DNA of 63,701 nucleotides, filler included, from Phoronis australis (GCA_002633005.1; 11 parts of 11 records of this genome joined end to end with filler, not necessarily neighbours in it); one strand, 5' to 3'. Numbered from the whole stretch's first letter, positions 47,473 through 61,224 are shown. The notes: generated by a model from the sequence alone, not told the origin. Numbers and translations: made by a program.

Positions 47473-48775
47473 NGGTCTCAATTACTCCCTTACTAGGGTT
47501 AGCAATGACTTTCAAGCAAGTAAAAACTGATTGTTCACTTTGCTTCAGATCATGCTTAGCACATGACCTGTCGCGACGAGTTCTCAAACAACGGTCTCCC
47601 AGTTCTCCCTAAAGTCAAGTATTCGCCTATTATCCGAATACGGAACTCATTAAAACCGCTGTATACCAGCGTTTCTTCTAACATGAGAAGAAGATCTAGA
47701 CCTTTTAGGCCTACATGTGTCACTGTAACATTGGATTCAAGGTGTTCTTTACTCACATAACGCTAAATCGTCGTGACAGTCCGGAGTTGGTATATGGTGC
47801 AACTCGGGACGGTCTGGGGTCAACAGAAAACCACAGTTCAAACGTGTGTCTACACCAATGTGACAAACAAGAGTACATGTAGTTCCACTTGCTGCTTCAG
47901 CTGCAGGTATGCTTTTCTCTTTTATGACACACAATGTGTGACTTGGCAAAGCGTTTTCAAAATAATGTGGATAAATCAGTGAAGTGTGAGACTCCTGAGG
48001 TCCCTGTCAATTCCTCACGACAATTCTGCATTATGCAGGCGTAAAGTGAAGTCTTGGTTTGCAAAGAACTGGCTGTTCGTTATTGCTTGAAAATGACGCG
48101 CTGTGACACGCTAACTCAAAAAGCAAACAATTATGAACTGTCAGTTCTTTGGAAGGCTTGGAATCGTTGGGACAAGCTTTGCAACAGCTAGTGGTCTAAA
48201 TCAAAAGTTGTTTTTGTGATAGAAAACGTTTTAAAACCCAGTTTGTAAAACAGTTANNNNNNNNNNNNNNNNNNNNNNNNNNNNNNNNNNNNNNNNNNNN
48301 TTAATTAATTAANNNNNNNNNNNNNNNNNNNNNNNNNNNNNNNNNNNNNNNNNNNNAATATTTGATTTTTTTGTAAAAATCCTAAAAAATCATATATTTT
48401 GATAGCCCCTTATATTATGGTGAAGTGGAAAATTTTAAAAACAAATCCCTACAGTGTTTTGGAGAACCAACTATACTTTTTGGCCTAATATCTTATTAAA
48501 ACCTTTTGACTTATCTTCGTGATTATTTTTACTTCCACAGCTATGCCTATGTGTTTCTTGCATGGAACTCTTTTACTTAAAACCAGTCTAGGCACTTTTT
48601 CCCATAATTCTGCTGCACGCAACTACATCCTGTCCACTTATTTGAATGATGTATCTGCTCAATAACCATAAAACCGCAGCAACCTCAGTTTCAAGCAATG
48701 AGGTGATGGTCTCTTCCACGATATTTTTATGTTCATTTCTCTTGTAGAACATAATGTTATTATTATTATTAACAG

Positions 48776-50623
48776 AAACTCATGAGAGTGAAGAAAAGAA
48801 AGGTATGCTTTACTGTCAAACACATGATTTTTTATGATAGTTAGTAAGAATTAATCTGACTATTGCTGTCTCCAATATGGTTGTAAAATAAACAAAAAAT
48901 TGGTTCGTTGTAAAATATAAACACCTAATTAATTAGTTGCAATTGCGAGTGAGCCTCGCTTCTTTATCAATCAAAATATGATCAATATTACATTCCACAT
49001 AAAGTAATTGTTGGCTTTACAAAAGTATGCGCATTACTTAAAAACCATTGAATTTAGCTATTCATTTGCTTGCCAGAGGAACCGACAGATTCCCAAGAAA
49101 AGGGAGCGAAAAAGAAAGGTGAGTATGATGTGCATTTGCAGTCCACAAATTTCTGAAAACCTATGGCACGTGTAACGATACAAAAATCTTTTGGATGGCA
49201 ATTCTTCACTTATTTTGCACAAAAGTAATTTTTCATTTTTTTGAAGGCTGATTACCTTGCTGTAGGGTACTTTACCAAATGTTGTTTGACGACATCCACA
49301 CGGTACAAACAATGCTAGCAAATGACTAAGTTTTCTTAATAATTACATTTTAAGGAGAAATTTGACAGAGTAGAATTTCACTTATTGACCACATTGATAG
49401 CTAAATAAGCGAAGAATAACCATACTTCACAGAGCTCAAAATGATAGTCATTGTGGCACCAGCGAGACTGCAAGGGCCACCTCTATAGATGCACACATTC
49501 AGGTATGTTTGTCGCTTGGCCTATCAACACCCTCAAGCTGGGGAAGAGCTTCTCTATCGCTGTTCAAATACAGAAACACCACCTAGTGAACAAATAACGA
49601 GTCTCCCAACGTATCTTCTGTTTACGACATCACTTGGAAATGGTTATTATGTTGCCATTAGGCTTGAGTGTTGTATTTATGGGCTGAGCATTATGTAAGT
49701 ACAAACTTAAGAAATAGCAATTGAGGCCCCACTTTTTGATATTTATTGTTCATTTGATGCTTATCATTTCCAGATACTGTCACACTTCTGTAAATGTTTT
49801 CTGCAATTGTCATGTTTTACTTGAAGTTGTGGGCTCTGAAAGTCTGCAATTTTCTATTTATTATGATTGATTTGATTTCATTCCTGTTAGCTTACTAGTA
49901 CTGTTCTGTAAATGTTTTTCACTGTGGTCACACTTTTAGAGTCATTATTTCTATACGTGCTGGTGATGGTTTCATTTCATCTGACTGGTGGGTGCCCGTT
50001 GATTTCTGAACCCTTCTGTCCTCGACTGAGGCAGGGCCACTAATTTTGTGGGCTTAAGCTGTAACTTGACAATTTGCTTGTGCGTGTATCAATACTACAT
50101 TTTTGCCAAAATTATCCATTTAAACAATGAGTATCACAGAAAGATCTAGGATGTCGTAAGTGTTATAAGTGTGAGATTGCAACCACAATCTTGGAGAGAA
50201 AATGTCCGTGTATACCTGTCCTCACTAAAATGGCATGCTGACATTGTTTGGTCATGTCTGCAACAGAGCCCAGGGTCTCATGCACGCCTGGTAATTCCGC
50301 CAATGATTATCATTAAAACAGTATTGACAGCTTACACTTTTGCCGGACAATCCAACAATAGGAGCAATCTCAAGTACCCCTGGGAACCTAGCAGTCTGCT
50401 TGTTTATGTTTTCGCTGTTTACTGTTTCTTGCTTGGCTTTCCTTTCCTCACGCTTGGTGTCTCTGTCTTCCACTTCCTGCAGTTAAAGTGTCTGGTTGGT
50501 CTGCAGCCTCACCGGAGCCTCCCAAAGATAAAGAAGATCAGCGGCGAGAATACTTCCAGACAGAACTCAAACGACTGCAAAAGAATCTTAAAAATGAGAA
50601 GACGAAAATCAAAACACCCCCTT
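48776..50623 (+). CDS. Two candidate exons of an unidentified gene
   Basis: 48776-48802 (ETHESEEKK, phase 1-1) and 50483-50623 (VKVSGWSAASPEPPKDKEDQRREYFQTELKRLQKNLKNEKTKIKTPP) have polypyrimidine-AG acceptors and GTATGC/GTAAGT donors in compatible phase. No homology recognised. Confidence 0.4.
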
Positions 50624-51905
50624 GGTAAGTCAGCTGTAGATACTGAATTTTGTAAGCACAAAAATCTTGCAAGTAAAGATGCCATCACAGGCTTTGCTTG
50701 TAATGCATGGCGATGTCTTGGGGAAACAGGTATGCAGATGGATTACAGTTTACCGTTAGTATGCGCTGTACCTATATACCTTAAGCTGGCTTTCCTCAAT
50801 CTGTGAAACGTATTGACTATAACAAGTGAACTTACAAAACTTTTATTTCTGAAGAATATTTTCTTTGAAGCTAAGGAAAGTACACCAAGTGTACACCTGA
50901 AATTTCCAACATTAATTCTTGTTGCACTGTGATAGAGAAAATTTAATGTTGATAAAATTTTTACATTAGGGAGACTCAACTGAACTCAGTTGTTAGCTTG
51001 TAAACAGTAATTGTCACTACTGGCTATTGCGCACATTTCTTTGTCAGAATGCGTCGCAGTGTGTTATCAAATGGCAATTGAAATGCACCAAACGTCCATG
51101 TTTGTCTTAATGTCCACCTGTGAAATTTCTGGAAAACTTGATCATTTATGGCCAAAAACAGCAAAATTGGTTCTGGTCTTTTCCTGACTCCATTTAAAAT
51201 CTATGTCTCAATAATCAAAGGAGAAAAGAGCCCGTCTGCATCACTTTTAAGAAAGTTCTTTTTGTCAAAAGATGTACCTACATATATTTATATATATGGT
51301 AGTGGCTTGGCTATGTATAGAGACAATCATCTCTTTTATGTGGCCTCCAAAGGCAAGTCAGTGGTGTAGTTTTGAGTCACGGTCAACTTCTGGATCCCTG
51401 GTCAACCAGAGTGTAGTGATGCTGGAAATAAAATCTTGTGCCACTCCATTCATTTGAATAAACAACTAAAAATATACCGTACCTGGACCAATTACGCTAT
51501 TTTGGCCTCATTTATTATAATTGTTTCTTGTGTGACATCTCGTCGCTTTCCATGTATAAATTGCACTTAAAATGTACACCAACTGCTTCTAGTTTAGAAA
51601 AGCACCATTCACCAAGATTATTTTAGTTATTGATAGACCTTAACAAAAACCATACGCAGTCCATATATGGCTAAGCTCTGAGGTCAAAAAAAAATTTGTG
51701 GGATCGAAAATGACCTAGTCTGTGATCGCAAGCCCACTCTCAGAAGTCATATATGGAGCTGGGTGGATTGTTCTAGCTCTTGGCCATTTTGGCCTAAAGT
51801 CTATNNNNNNNNNNNNNNNNNNNNNNNNNNNNNNNNNNNNNNNNNNNNTTAATTAATTAANNNNNNNNNNNNNNNNNNNNNNNNNNNNNNNNNNNNNNNN
51901 NNNNC

Positions 51906-54900
51906 GTCAATAACAACAATGATAATGATTTCGTTGCAAATGGTGGCACGATCGATAACATTGTCACAGACCTGCACCTCACTGATGCAAACGTGAGTTT
52001 CACTTATTCAGGTGCAGTTGCAGTGGACGGCAGTGCATCTCCGGGCAGTACACCATCACAATTCAGCTACCTTCCGGGGAAGTATGTGAACCTGAAAACA
52101 GTCGGGACTAAGATACTGCTGAATATGAGCTATCCGGAGAGTGACACACTAAATGAATCTACCATGACGATGGCGAAATATAGCACTTCATGGAGTACGG
52201 TTGCTTCCAGTGTGGATACCGACAAGAATTATGTTTCTTCCACTATTTCAGCTACCGGGGTCTACGGGGTATTCGGGAATCTGGTGCCGCCTTCCGGTAT
52301 CCATAATCTGGATCTTAAAGGCAATGGCACAAGTTACCTCAATGTGAGCTGGGAAAATACCACAAAGTACTTTGATAACTTTAGTCTGAATGTGACCGAT
52401 ACCTCAGGCATTGAGAAAGGTTCCAAGAGTGATATTTCGGACACATACTACAATATCACCGGTCTGGTTGAGAATACGACCTATAATGTGAATGTATGGG
52501 CTGTGTACGATGGTAGAAACGGTACTGTTAATACATCACAGTTCAAAACGACATCCCCCCCCAATCCCGCCATAGAGGTCTCTGGGCTTAAGAACGTTAA
52601 CAATGGCAGCGACATTGGCACACTCAATACGAAACCTCTGAAGGTTTCCGTAGATGAGGGTGATACCCTCAATTTCACCATCAATGCCACATCCCCGGTT
52701 AGCTATGGCAATCCCATAATGCCTGCGGATGCCAGCTTTGTTAATGGTAACTTCTCGTGGACTCCCGGCTATGCGGATGCAAATACACATACTGCAAACT
52801 TCAGTGTAACCAACGGCTCTTCCACGGAGTGGGTCAATGTGACCATTGATGTGGAAAACCAGATTGCTACGGTGTATGTGGATGATGGTTATACTACTGA
52901 GAACATCACCCACTTTAAGACCATCAATGGCGCTATTGCAGGTGTGAGTTCCAATGATACCATCATTGTGCGTGACGGGACGTATGCCAGCAGCACTACA
53001 CTTGTTTTGGACATGGTAAACCTGACTCTAAAGGCTGAGAACAAGAATGGAGCCAACATATCTGTAGGTAGTTCAGGTTCAAAAGTCAATGATGATATCA
53101 TTCGAGTTGAAGCAAATAATGTGACAATTGACGGCTTTAACATACTTGGGTATACAACGTCAGGTCCAAATGGCGGTATTGAGCTGGATAGTGTACAATA
53201 CTGTAATATTATCAATAACACGGTTTCCAATGCACAACATGGCATTAGAGTAATGGATAGTAACAATAATTTCATACGATCCAATACGGTTACATCCAAT
53301 CTCTATGCAGGAATTTCACTATCTGGTGGGACTAACCCAAGTGCGGGTAATACCATACAGGATAATACTATTACTTCAAATGGTGACTATGATATTTATA
53401 TCTACAAGGGAAAATCCAATACGTTTGTTGGCAATACCATAGGTGGTAGTACACCAATTGATTTCTATAGTTATGGTGGTGCTGATAACGCCCAAAACAC
53501 CATAAACAATCTGACTCTGCCCACTGATGTCCTGATATCCTTCACATATAGTGGTAGTGATGACACTGATATTCGTAAATCCACAGCTACGGGTGCACCA
53601 ACAGGCTATACATCGTTGAATAAGTATGTGGAATTTGGTGACTATGTGCCTGATGTTACCCTCACAATGTATCATGATGGTACTAATTCCAATGTGAAGA
53701 TGTTTGAGAAACCATCAGGTGGTTCATGGACTGAAGTTTCATCCACAACAGATGCAACCAGTGTATCGGGAACGATTACTGATTCCGACCGCGATGTAGG
53801 ATTGTTTATATTCGATCCTGCCTATGAAATCAACATTGATAAGATTATCAATATCGATAACGGTACAAGTGTAGCTAACAAGATTGTTACAGGCGGTGTA
53901 TTTGGTAACCTTACAGTGGACGAGGATGAGTATCTTAACTTCACTATCAATGCCACAGGAAAGGAAAGAAATTACGGTTCAATGAATAATCTGCCATCTG
54001 GTGCGAATCTTAACAGTACTACAGGTGAGTTCTCGTGGAAACCTGATTTTAGTCAGTCCGGGGAATATCCAATCAACTTCCGTGTAAATAACTCTGCATA
54101 TACTACATGGGCTAACACTACAATTATTGTTAATGACAACCGTGCTCCCACTCTTACGGTTTCTGGTAACAAGTCTTCTTACACCACAGGTGACAGGGTG
54201 GAGTTCTATGTGAATGCTACTGATTCTGATGGTGATAGTCTGACTCTGGGTAACCTTACGCTTCCGGGTGATGCCACGGTTACAGAGGATGGCAACAACA
54301 GGACATTTGTCTGGTCGTCAGCAGTGACAGGAACTCATAACGCCAACTTCAGTGTCTCTGATGGTGACACCACTGTCTGGAAGAATGTGAGCATTAAGGT
54401 CTTGGACAATGTAATTCCGCTTCAGGTTTCCGGGCTTAAGGATGTTGACAATGGTACTGCTATAGGTACTGTTAATGACGTGACTCCGAAGCTTTTCGTG
54501 GATGAAAATACAGCATTGTCCTTTACGATCAATGCTACGGGCACCGGGATTTCCTATGGCAATGACACATTGCCTGCGGGTGCCAAATTCAATAAGACCT
54601 CAGCTAATTTCTCGTGGACTCCCGACTATGCGGATGCAGGAGAACACAAGGTCAATTTCAATGTTTCCAACAGCTCAGCCTTCAAGTGGGTCAATGTGAC
54701 CATTGATGTGCAGAATGTCAACCGGAAGCCAACCCTGACGATTTCCTCCGATCTTAAGTCTTCATACACCACCGGTAACACGGTCAGCTTCACCATCAAC
54801 GCCACAGACGAGGATGCAGATGATACTCTGACTCTGGGTAACCTTACGCTTCCGGGTGATGCCACGGTTACAGATGACGGGAACAACAACCGGACATTTG

Positions 54901-55090
54901 TCTGGAATTCTGCAATGCAAGGATCCTATGACGTCAATTTCAGTGTTTCCGATGGTGACGATACTGTCTGGAAAAACGCGAGCTTTACGGTTTCTGGTTC
55001 TCCGTTTGTGTTGTATGGCTTGAAGAACGTTAACAATGGCAGCGACATTGGCACACTCAATACGAAACCTCTGAAGGTTTCCGTAGATGA
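51906..55090 (+). CDS. Fragment of a giant archaeal-type (Methanosarcinales-like) cell-surface glycoprotein: FN3, cadherin-like/putative Ig repeats and a NosD-type right-handed beta-helix
   Basis: The frame is open across the whole contig (>1060 codons, no introns, no start or stop). FN3 (NGTSYLNVSW..YYNITGLVENTTYNVNV); repeated Ig/cadherin-like units (SVDEGDTLNFTINAT..FSWTP.Y.DAG..NF.V; NRAPTL..NATD.DGD.LT); beta-helix start VYVDD..FKTINGAI..NDTIIVRDGTY and GI.L..NN.I..N.I..N repeats. Very dense N-x-S/T sequons, N/T/S-rich, almost no Cys. Confidence 0.85.
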
Positions 55091-56004
55091 NNNNNNNNNN
55101 NNNNNNNNNNNNNNNNNNNNNNNNNNNNNNNNNNTTAATTAATTAANNNNNNNNNNNNNNNNNNNNNNNNNNNNNNNNNNNNNNNNNNNNCTGTGTGTTG
55201 AATATGCAAGTCCAGCTTTTTATTGGGAAATTAAAAAAGCGTCTATCGGGGCGCTCTTCGTGTGTCGACAACGCAAACTCGACATATTTTTTATTGAGAA
55301 AACACATTTTTACAAATTTAGAGAATCAGTTGTCTGGAACTTATCATGTGCGTCAACAATGCAAATCAGACGCACTCATTGGAAAGCCTATATTTGTCAC
55401 CAGGAACATTTTTTTCACAATGCAGCCCAATTTTTCAAGTGAGATAACGCATTTTTGAAAAGATTCAGTCACTTGCCTAGAATGGTTTTTGAGCATCGGC
55501 AATGCAAGCCGAATATTGAGAAAGCGTATTTTTGAAAAGAAGAACCAACACTTGTCAGGAACGGTTTTTGCGCGTCGACAATGCACATTTCCTATTGGAA
55601 AGCTAGTTTTTTAAAAATTGATCTCGAAGACCATTTGAGTTTCATTGACCTGCAATTAAACTGCTATCAAATGACCGAGCCAGCATTAATGTTGATACTA
55701 CGACCGCTCGTCGAAATAATGTACACCCACAAAATTCGGACACCAGCGGAAACCCAAATTTGGAGGTACGCCAAATTCGGACACCACAAAAATGATGTTT
55801 CGCGAGATTCGTCCAAGAATGAATTTTTTCTATTGCAATTAATTTTGAGTGTCCGANGAAAATCGCACGACTTTACCATAAATCACGTTAATTATTTCAC
55901 CAACCTAAACATTCTCCTTTTCATCTCTGGAATGTTAGTGCGTGATGCACCTTTTTATCGCCTTGATAGTTATTAACCTTGAAATATATGGTAGTAAAAC
56001 TCAC

Positions 56005-57288
56005 TTTTTGTCAGAAAGATTACCGACTTCATCATCAAAATCTTTACTGTCACGATTCCTGTCTTCAGGTGATATCCAGTGAGGCAAAACTAGGCCAACA
56101 GGGTCACTGGCAGCATCGAACTTGATGTGGTAGCCATTAGAGTGCACTTCAGGGCAATTTGTAACTTTGAAGACAGACTTGAAGCCAATACCCTTTTGCC
56201 CTGTAACATTGTATCATGGTATAAGAATGGGTTCATGGAACATTTTTTACACTGTGGGGAAATGCTAATCTTGAAAATGTACAATTAGTAGGTGGACAGA
56301 ATATAAAGGTTGACGTAAGAGCTTGTGAGAAGCTGGTAGGTGATTTCCAATACCACTCTAAACTAACTATACATTTAGAATTTGAAAAAAAACAAACAAT
56401 ACCAATATATCCTTGTTTGTGCTTTCCCTTTGTTGACTTTCCAACATCACAAAGAGCCTCGATGTGTTTTTCAGCGAAACCTTTCTCATTGTTGTACAAA
56501 CGGATCTTGTCTTTTTCCACGACAAATGTCAACGATGGTTTATCCAACTTCTTGACTTTATGTTTGCCATCTTCCGACGTGGTTCCTTCATAGTCGTTGT
56601 CGTCTGCATTCTGAATGAGCTCCAAGACAAAGTGAGTCACTTTTGTGTAGAGTTCCTTGGACAGTCTCTCCAAACTGCGCCCAAGCATGTCTTTCATTTC
56701 TTGAACAACTAAGCTGTTGGTTTCTACAATTGTAGCAACAATACATAAAATATACTAACCTTTTCACGTTGAAAGGATTTCTTGTAAAGAGACGGTAGGA
56801 TTTTACAAAACATGTTACTTCCAATTACGTCTGAATACAAGAGCAGAAATCCAGTGCAAGAAGTTTCCTATGAAAAAGTGACACGTCTTGAGTAGCCTAA
56901 GAGTAATTAGGGACAAAAGAATGAAAACTGACCAACGACATAATTATGGCTACACTTGGTTTAATGATATGGAAATTGTACAGTATTGTGAATAATTAAC
57001 AATCCAAAGGAAAAATAATCCTTGTAAATACAATTAACAAATTGGCTGGTGAAATAAACTCACCTTGGTTCTTAGGAAGGTCATAACCAAACTTCTGACG
57101 GATACGCTGAACAACCTGAAGACAACTAGTCTCTATGCTATCAGCGGTCTCAGTTGCAGTTTGCTCAGTTTGCTGATCATTTTTGGGAACTGCGCAAACA
57201 AGTGCTGATTGCTTTGAATCAGCATTGCTGCCATCGGCAACCGGAATGTCTGATGATGACTTCAACTCGAACCCACAGTCATCAGTCT
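56005..57288 (-). CDS. Protein NO VEIN-like / sacsin-related GHKL ATPase domain; partial gene
   Basis: Exons 57288-57064, 56723-56403 and 56200-56005 (possibly also 57701-57666) splice in phase to give LGRSLERLSKELY..HFVLELIQNADDNDY..NNEKGF..IEALCDVGKSTK..GYIGQKGIGFKSVFKVT..PEVHSNGYHIKFD..VLPHW, the GHKL boxes characteristic of NOV-like proteins. Confidence 0.9.
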
Positions 57289-58884
57289 CTGCATTTAAAA
57301 AGGGAGATAAATCCCACAATTATATTTTGATGGAAAGAACATAAGACGATATAATCATCTCATTTTCAAGTCGCCCAGTTTAACAAGCATGTGCAATAAC
57401 TTGCCTCAACAAAAATGTTCACTAAGATTTTAATGAATGCTGCCTAGAAAACAATATCATAACTTGTTGTTCAGTGGCTCAGAATTCATTTTCAATGAAA
57501 ACACACTCCCTATATTCCATAAATCCTCGATTAAGGGTTAAGCTACTGATAACTCAGCTTCAGTGCCACTTGCTTGTCCCAGAAAGGATGCAATAAGCTT
57601 CTAGAAGGTATTGGTCAGCAAACACTAAGAACAATATTTTAGAATATAGAATGTAAATGTTTACCTAAAGATTCCCGAATTTCCTCTTTCAAAGAATCCC
57701 CNNNNNNNNNNNNNNNNNNNNNNNNNNNNNNNNNNNNNNNNNNNNTTAATTAATTAANNNNNNNNNNNNNNNNNNNNNNNNNNNNNNNNNNNNNNNNNNN
57801 NCATTGCTATGCCATGTATAAATCAGGGTGTGAAGGAAAATACGAGTCCGAATGCAAGATGAAGGCCGCGTGTAAGCTGACAGCAGCACGGGACTCAATA
57901 TCCTCCTCCAGCCACAGTCAAACTCAGTCCTGAAACGGACAAAGGCCAGCAACTAAAGCTCACAAACTGAGCGCGGCATCATTTGGATTAGAAAACCCAC
58001 CACGAGTTCAACAAAACGACACGAAATTGACCCAAATTCTACCCAAGTTCTGATATTTCGTCAGACAGCTCTCGCTGAATGTTCCTGCGTAATGTCAAGC
58101 AATTAATTCCATGATAAACATGAAGCTGTCTGTGATCCACTTGAAGGTAATCTGCTGACTCTCCACCTAGTTATTAAATTTAGGAAACTTGGCTACATTA
58201 CAGAGATTGTCACAATAGTAAAGCATGCCCAAGTTTGGAACATAAATTGAGAACAAAATGGTGAGAGTTCGACTGTTGAAACAAAATTCTTTTTTCCAGC
58301 AATTGCTGTTTCAGCACGACTCCAAATTATTGAACAAAATATCTCAAGAACAAGATTTTAGTTGTTTGTTTTTTTCTGACAGCACCACACTGTCTTAATA
58401 TGGAAACAGTCACTCCTACTTATTATCAGAGCTTTCATTTTTTGTTCAATTTAAAATCAAGAGTCACATTATTCTTAAAAAAGTGCGATTAAAAAACACT
58501 GGCACTAGTTACAAAAAACCCCAGTTCGATGTATGCTGGTGAAAGGACTTTTTCTCTATCTATGTTCGTTTCAAAAAACAACATTTTTGCCAAAAAACTA
58601 AGGTCACGTAAACACGAGAATGGTACAATGTAGATTTGCCTAGTCTGGATTCAGAAAATATACATTTAAGGCTTGAGAGTCGCTAATTACTGACTGTAAA
58701 TATTTCAAGTAGAAGTTAGACAACACTTTATTCAAGGGTGTACGTAACCTTAATTACTAACTCCGAACTCATTTTCTTTCCTTGAAACTATGAGAATAAA
58801 AATGAGAATCACGGGGTCAGCAAGTGTGACAGTAGACACGCATCACCACTTATTAACCAATAGCAGCACGGCGTGAGATAGTAC

Positions 58885-58993
58885 CTGTAACCTCTAGCAG
58901 CAAGCCGGCTTTTCATTGGAGGAGACACCTCCGTGGCATAAACATGTTCAAAATGTTGCTCCATGTTGGCAGTTACCATACCATCACCTGCGC
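58885..58993 (-). CDS. METTL9: METTL9/DREV histidine methyltransferase, internal exon
   Basis: An AG/GT-bounded exon encodes GAGDGMVTANMEQHFEHVYATEVSPPMKSRLAARGYR, matching the METTL9 SAM-binding segment I recall (GAGDGEVT..HFEEIYATELS..M..L..K.YR). An identical copy lies at 59102-59210 across the N gap. Confidence 0.82.
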
Positions 58994-61224
58994 CTATAGA
59001 AACAAACAGAGCTAAGTCAGACCGTATTAAACATACGGTGTGACNNNNNNNNNNNNNNNNNNNNNNNNNNNNNNNNNNNNNNNNNNNNNNTGAGATAGTA
59101 CCTGTAACCTCTAGCAGCAAGCCGGCTTTTCATTGGAGGAGACACCTCCGTGGCATAAACATGTTCAAAATGTTGCTCCATGTTGGCAGTTACCATACCA
59201 TCACCTGCGCCTATAGAAACAAACAGAGCTAAGTCAGACCGTATTAAACATACAGTGCGATCGGGGTTCTGTTCCATGAAAGGTGACTTTTAAGACAGAA
59301 ATTTGGCCTTAAGCTCCACAAAACTATTCCTGAAAAATAATTAAAAATAGACCCATAATTATTACTTCCTCAGAAAAATTTTACAAACTATTTCCAGGCA
59401 ATGATATGTTAATGATGACCTGACTAAACCTTTACTTGGTAATTGACGTATCGCAAGCTCCGCCCCCTTACATAATGTCGACAAATAAAAATCCTGGCGA
59501 AAGGTCAATTGTGAAGCAGGAGCATACGACCAAATTTAAGTCTTAAGTCACTTTCATGAAAGAGACCCTGATAAACTTAAATTACAATATTAAATTATTA
59601 AAAAGAGGCAATGAAGAATTGCAATGCAAATTCACACCTTGGTTATCAATGGCGATAGTTCTCCAAATCATAATACCGGTAATTACAGCATTTATAATAT
59701 CTGTGCCAGTCAAGATACATGCATGCCAAACCTTGGAAAATCGTAATTTTTATGGGAAAAATCATGACTAAAACATTCTTCCATTATTTTCCTGTAGATA
59801 ACCTGCATCAATGATGGGGGATGTTTTATGCGATGACAGTTTAAAAACTTTTTTGAATAACTTCCAAACCAATGTTACTCTACAACAAAGGAAGACCTTT
59901 GCCTTCATAAACTTACAATGGAAAATTATTTAAACTTCTACTGTTAATAGTTTGTCAAGCTCATAAGATTTCCTCAGTTTCACTAGCTTAGAACCTACAA
60001 ATAGTCTTGCCAATCAAGCTGTCAGTAAAATAGGAACACGTCACTTATTTAAAAAATGATGTCGAGTAATTCAGTCAGTTGTAGTGCACATTATGTTAGT
60101 GCAACCATACATTATATAGACAACAGATTCACAACTCCAACATTTTCTTGTGTAATATCCAAGAGGGGGCGCCACCTTTTAAACATAGCAAACTCAGCTT
60201 CCGTTGAGTGTATTGGGAAAGGAAATTCTTATACCTATTTTACTGTCCAGTACAACAAAAAAAAATAATTTCAACATTGAAATGCTGTTCGAAGTCTTTC
60301 AATAGTAGAACTCTTGGTATCATGAATACTTTTAGATATGCCACCCGACCACACAACAGCCGGCCATGATGAGCAGACGACGTACTTACAGGAAGTAAAA
60401 TGTACTATGTCAGCTAGGTATCACTAGTGAATAGTGACGTCTCAGCTTATGTGTAATATCACAAATTTCGTCCATTGGAAATATACACAGTTGATGCTCC
60501 ATGTACCATAGTCTATGGTGTTTACTCAAAACTAAAACTAAAATTCTTGTTTGCTTATTTTGAAAAGATCTGATGTTCTGTTGAAAAAGCATCATTTGAA
60601 AATAAATTTAATTTGACTAAACTGGCTTGGGTTAAAATTAATTTGACAAAAAACATCATGTTAAAACTAAGTGGAAAGAGTATTTTTAAGTTCCCCCAAA
60701 TATTGCACCACTGAAAAATGTACAGTTTTATACAATTACTAAAATCAGACAAATTATTTAAGAAAATTGACATGAATACGTCAGTCATTTCAAAGCTAAT
60801 TACCACTAAAAAAATGATTTATCGTCAAATATCTATAGTATAAAATACTCCAGTCACTGCAAAATGTTGAGTCAAGCCTGACATTAACAATGACCGGGAT
60901 GAACACAGAGCAGACTCGTATCATTCTGTACATCTCACACTCTCTTCTTCATTCATTGAAACAAAAGTCAAATATACCCAGATCTAATAAACTTCCAGCC
61001 TTCCAGTGAATATCTTTGCCCATCNNNNNNNNNNNNNNNNNNNNNNNNNNNNNNNNNNNNNNNNNNNNTTAATTAATTAANNNNNNNNNNNNNNNNNNNN
61101 NNNNNNNNNNNNNNNNNNNNNNNNAAATGGCGAGAACCAATTGAAGGTACCATAGCCCTACTCGTCTGCTCGCCTGCTTGTGGCAGATCATCGCGGTTTT
61201 TTTTTTAAGCTTTGTCCTTCTGTG

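Noticed and set aside
50171-50806. 211-aa ORF with a hydrophobic stretch
   Set aside because: The hydrophobic part is a polypyrimidine tract. A splice-site-bounded exon in another frame (50483-50623) explains the region better.
51905-55090. Horizontal transfer of an archaeal gene into the animal genome
   Set aside because: No host-like flanking DNA or introns within the contig; adjacency is only through artificial spacers.
58875-59252. Two identical METTL9 exons (possible mutually exclusive exons)
   Set aside because: Identical sequence on either side of the N gap 59045-59090, i.e. overlapping contig ends.
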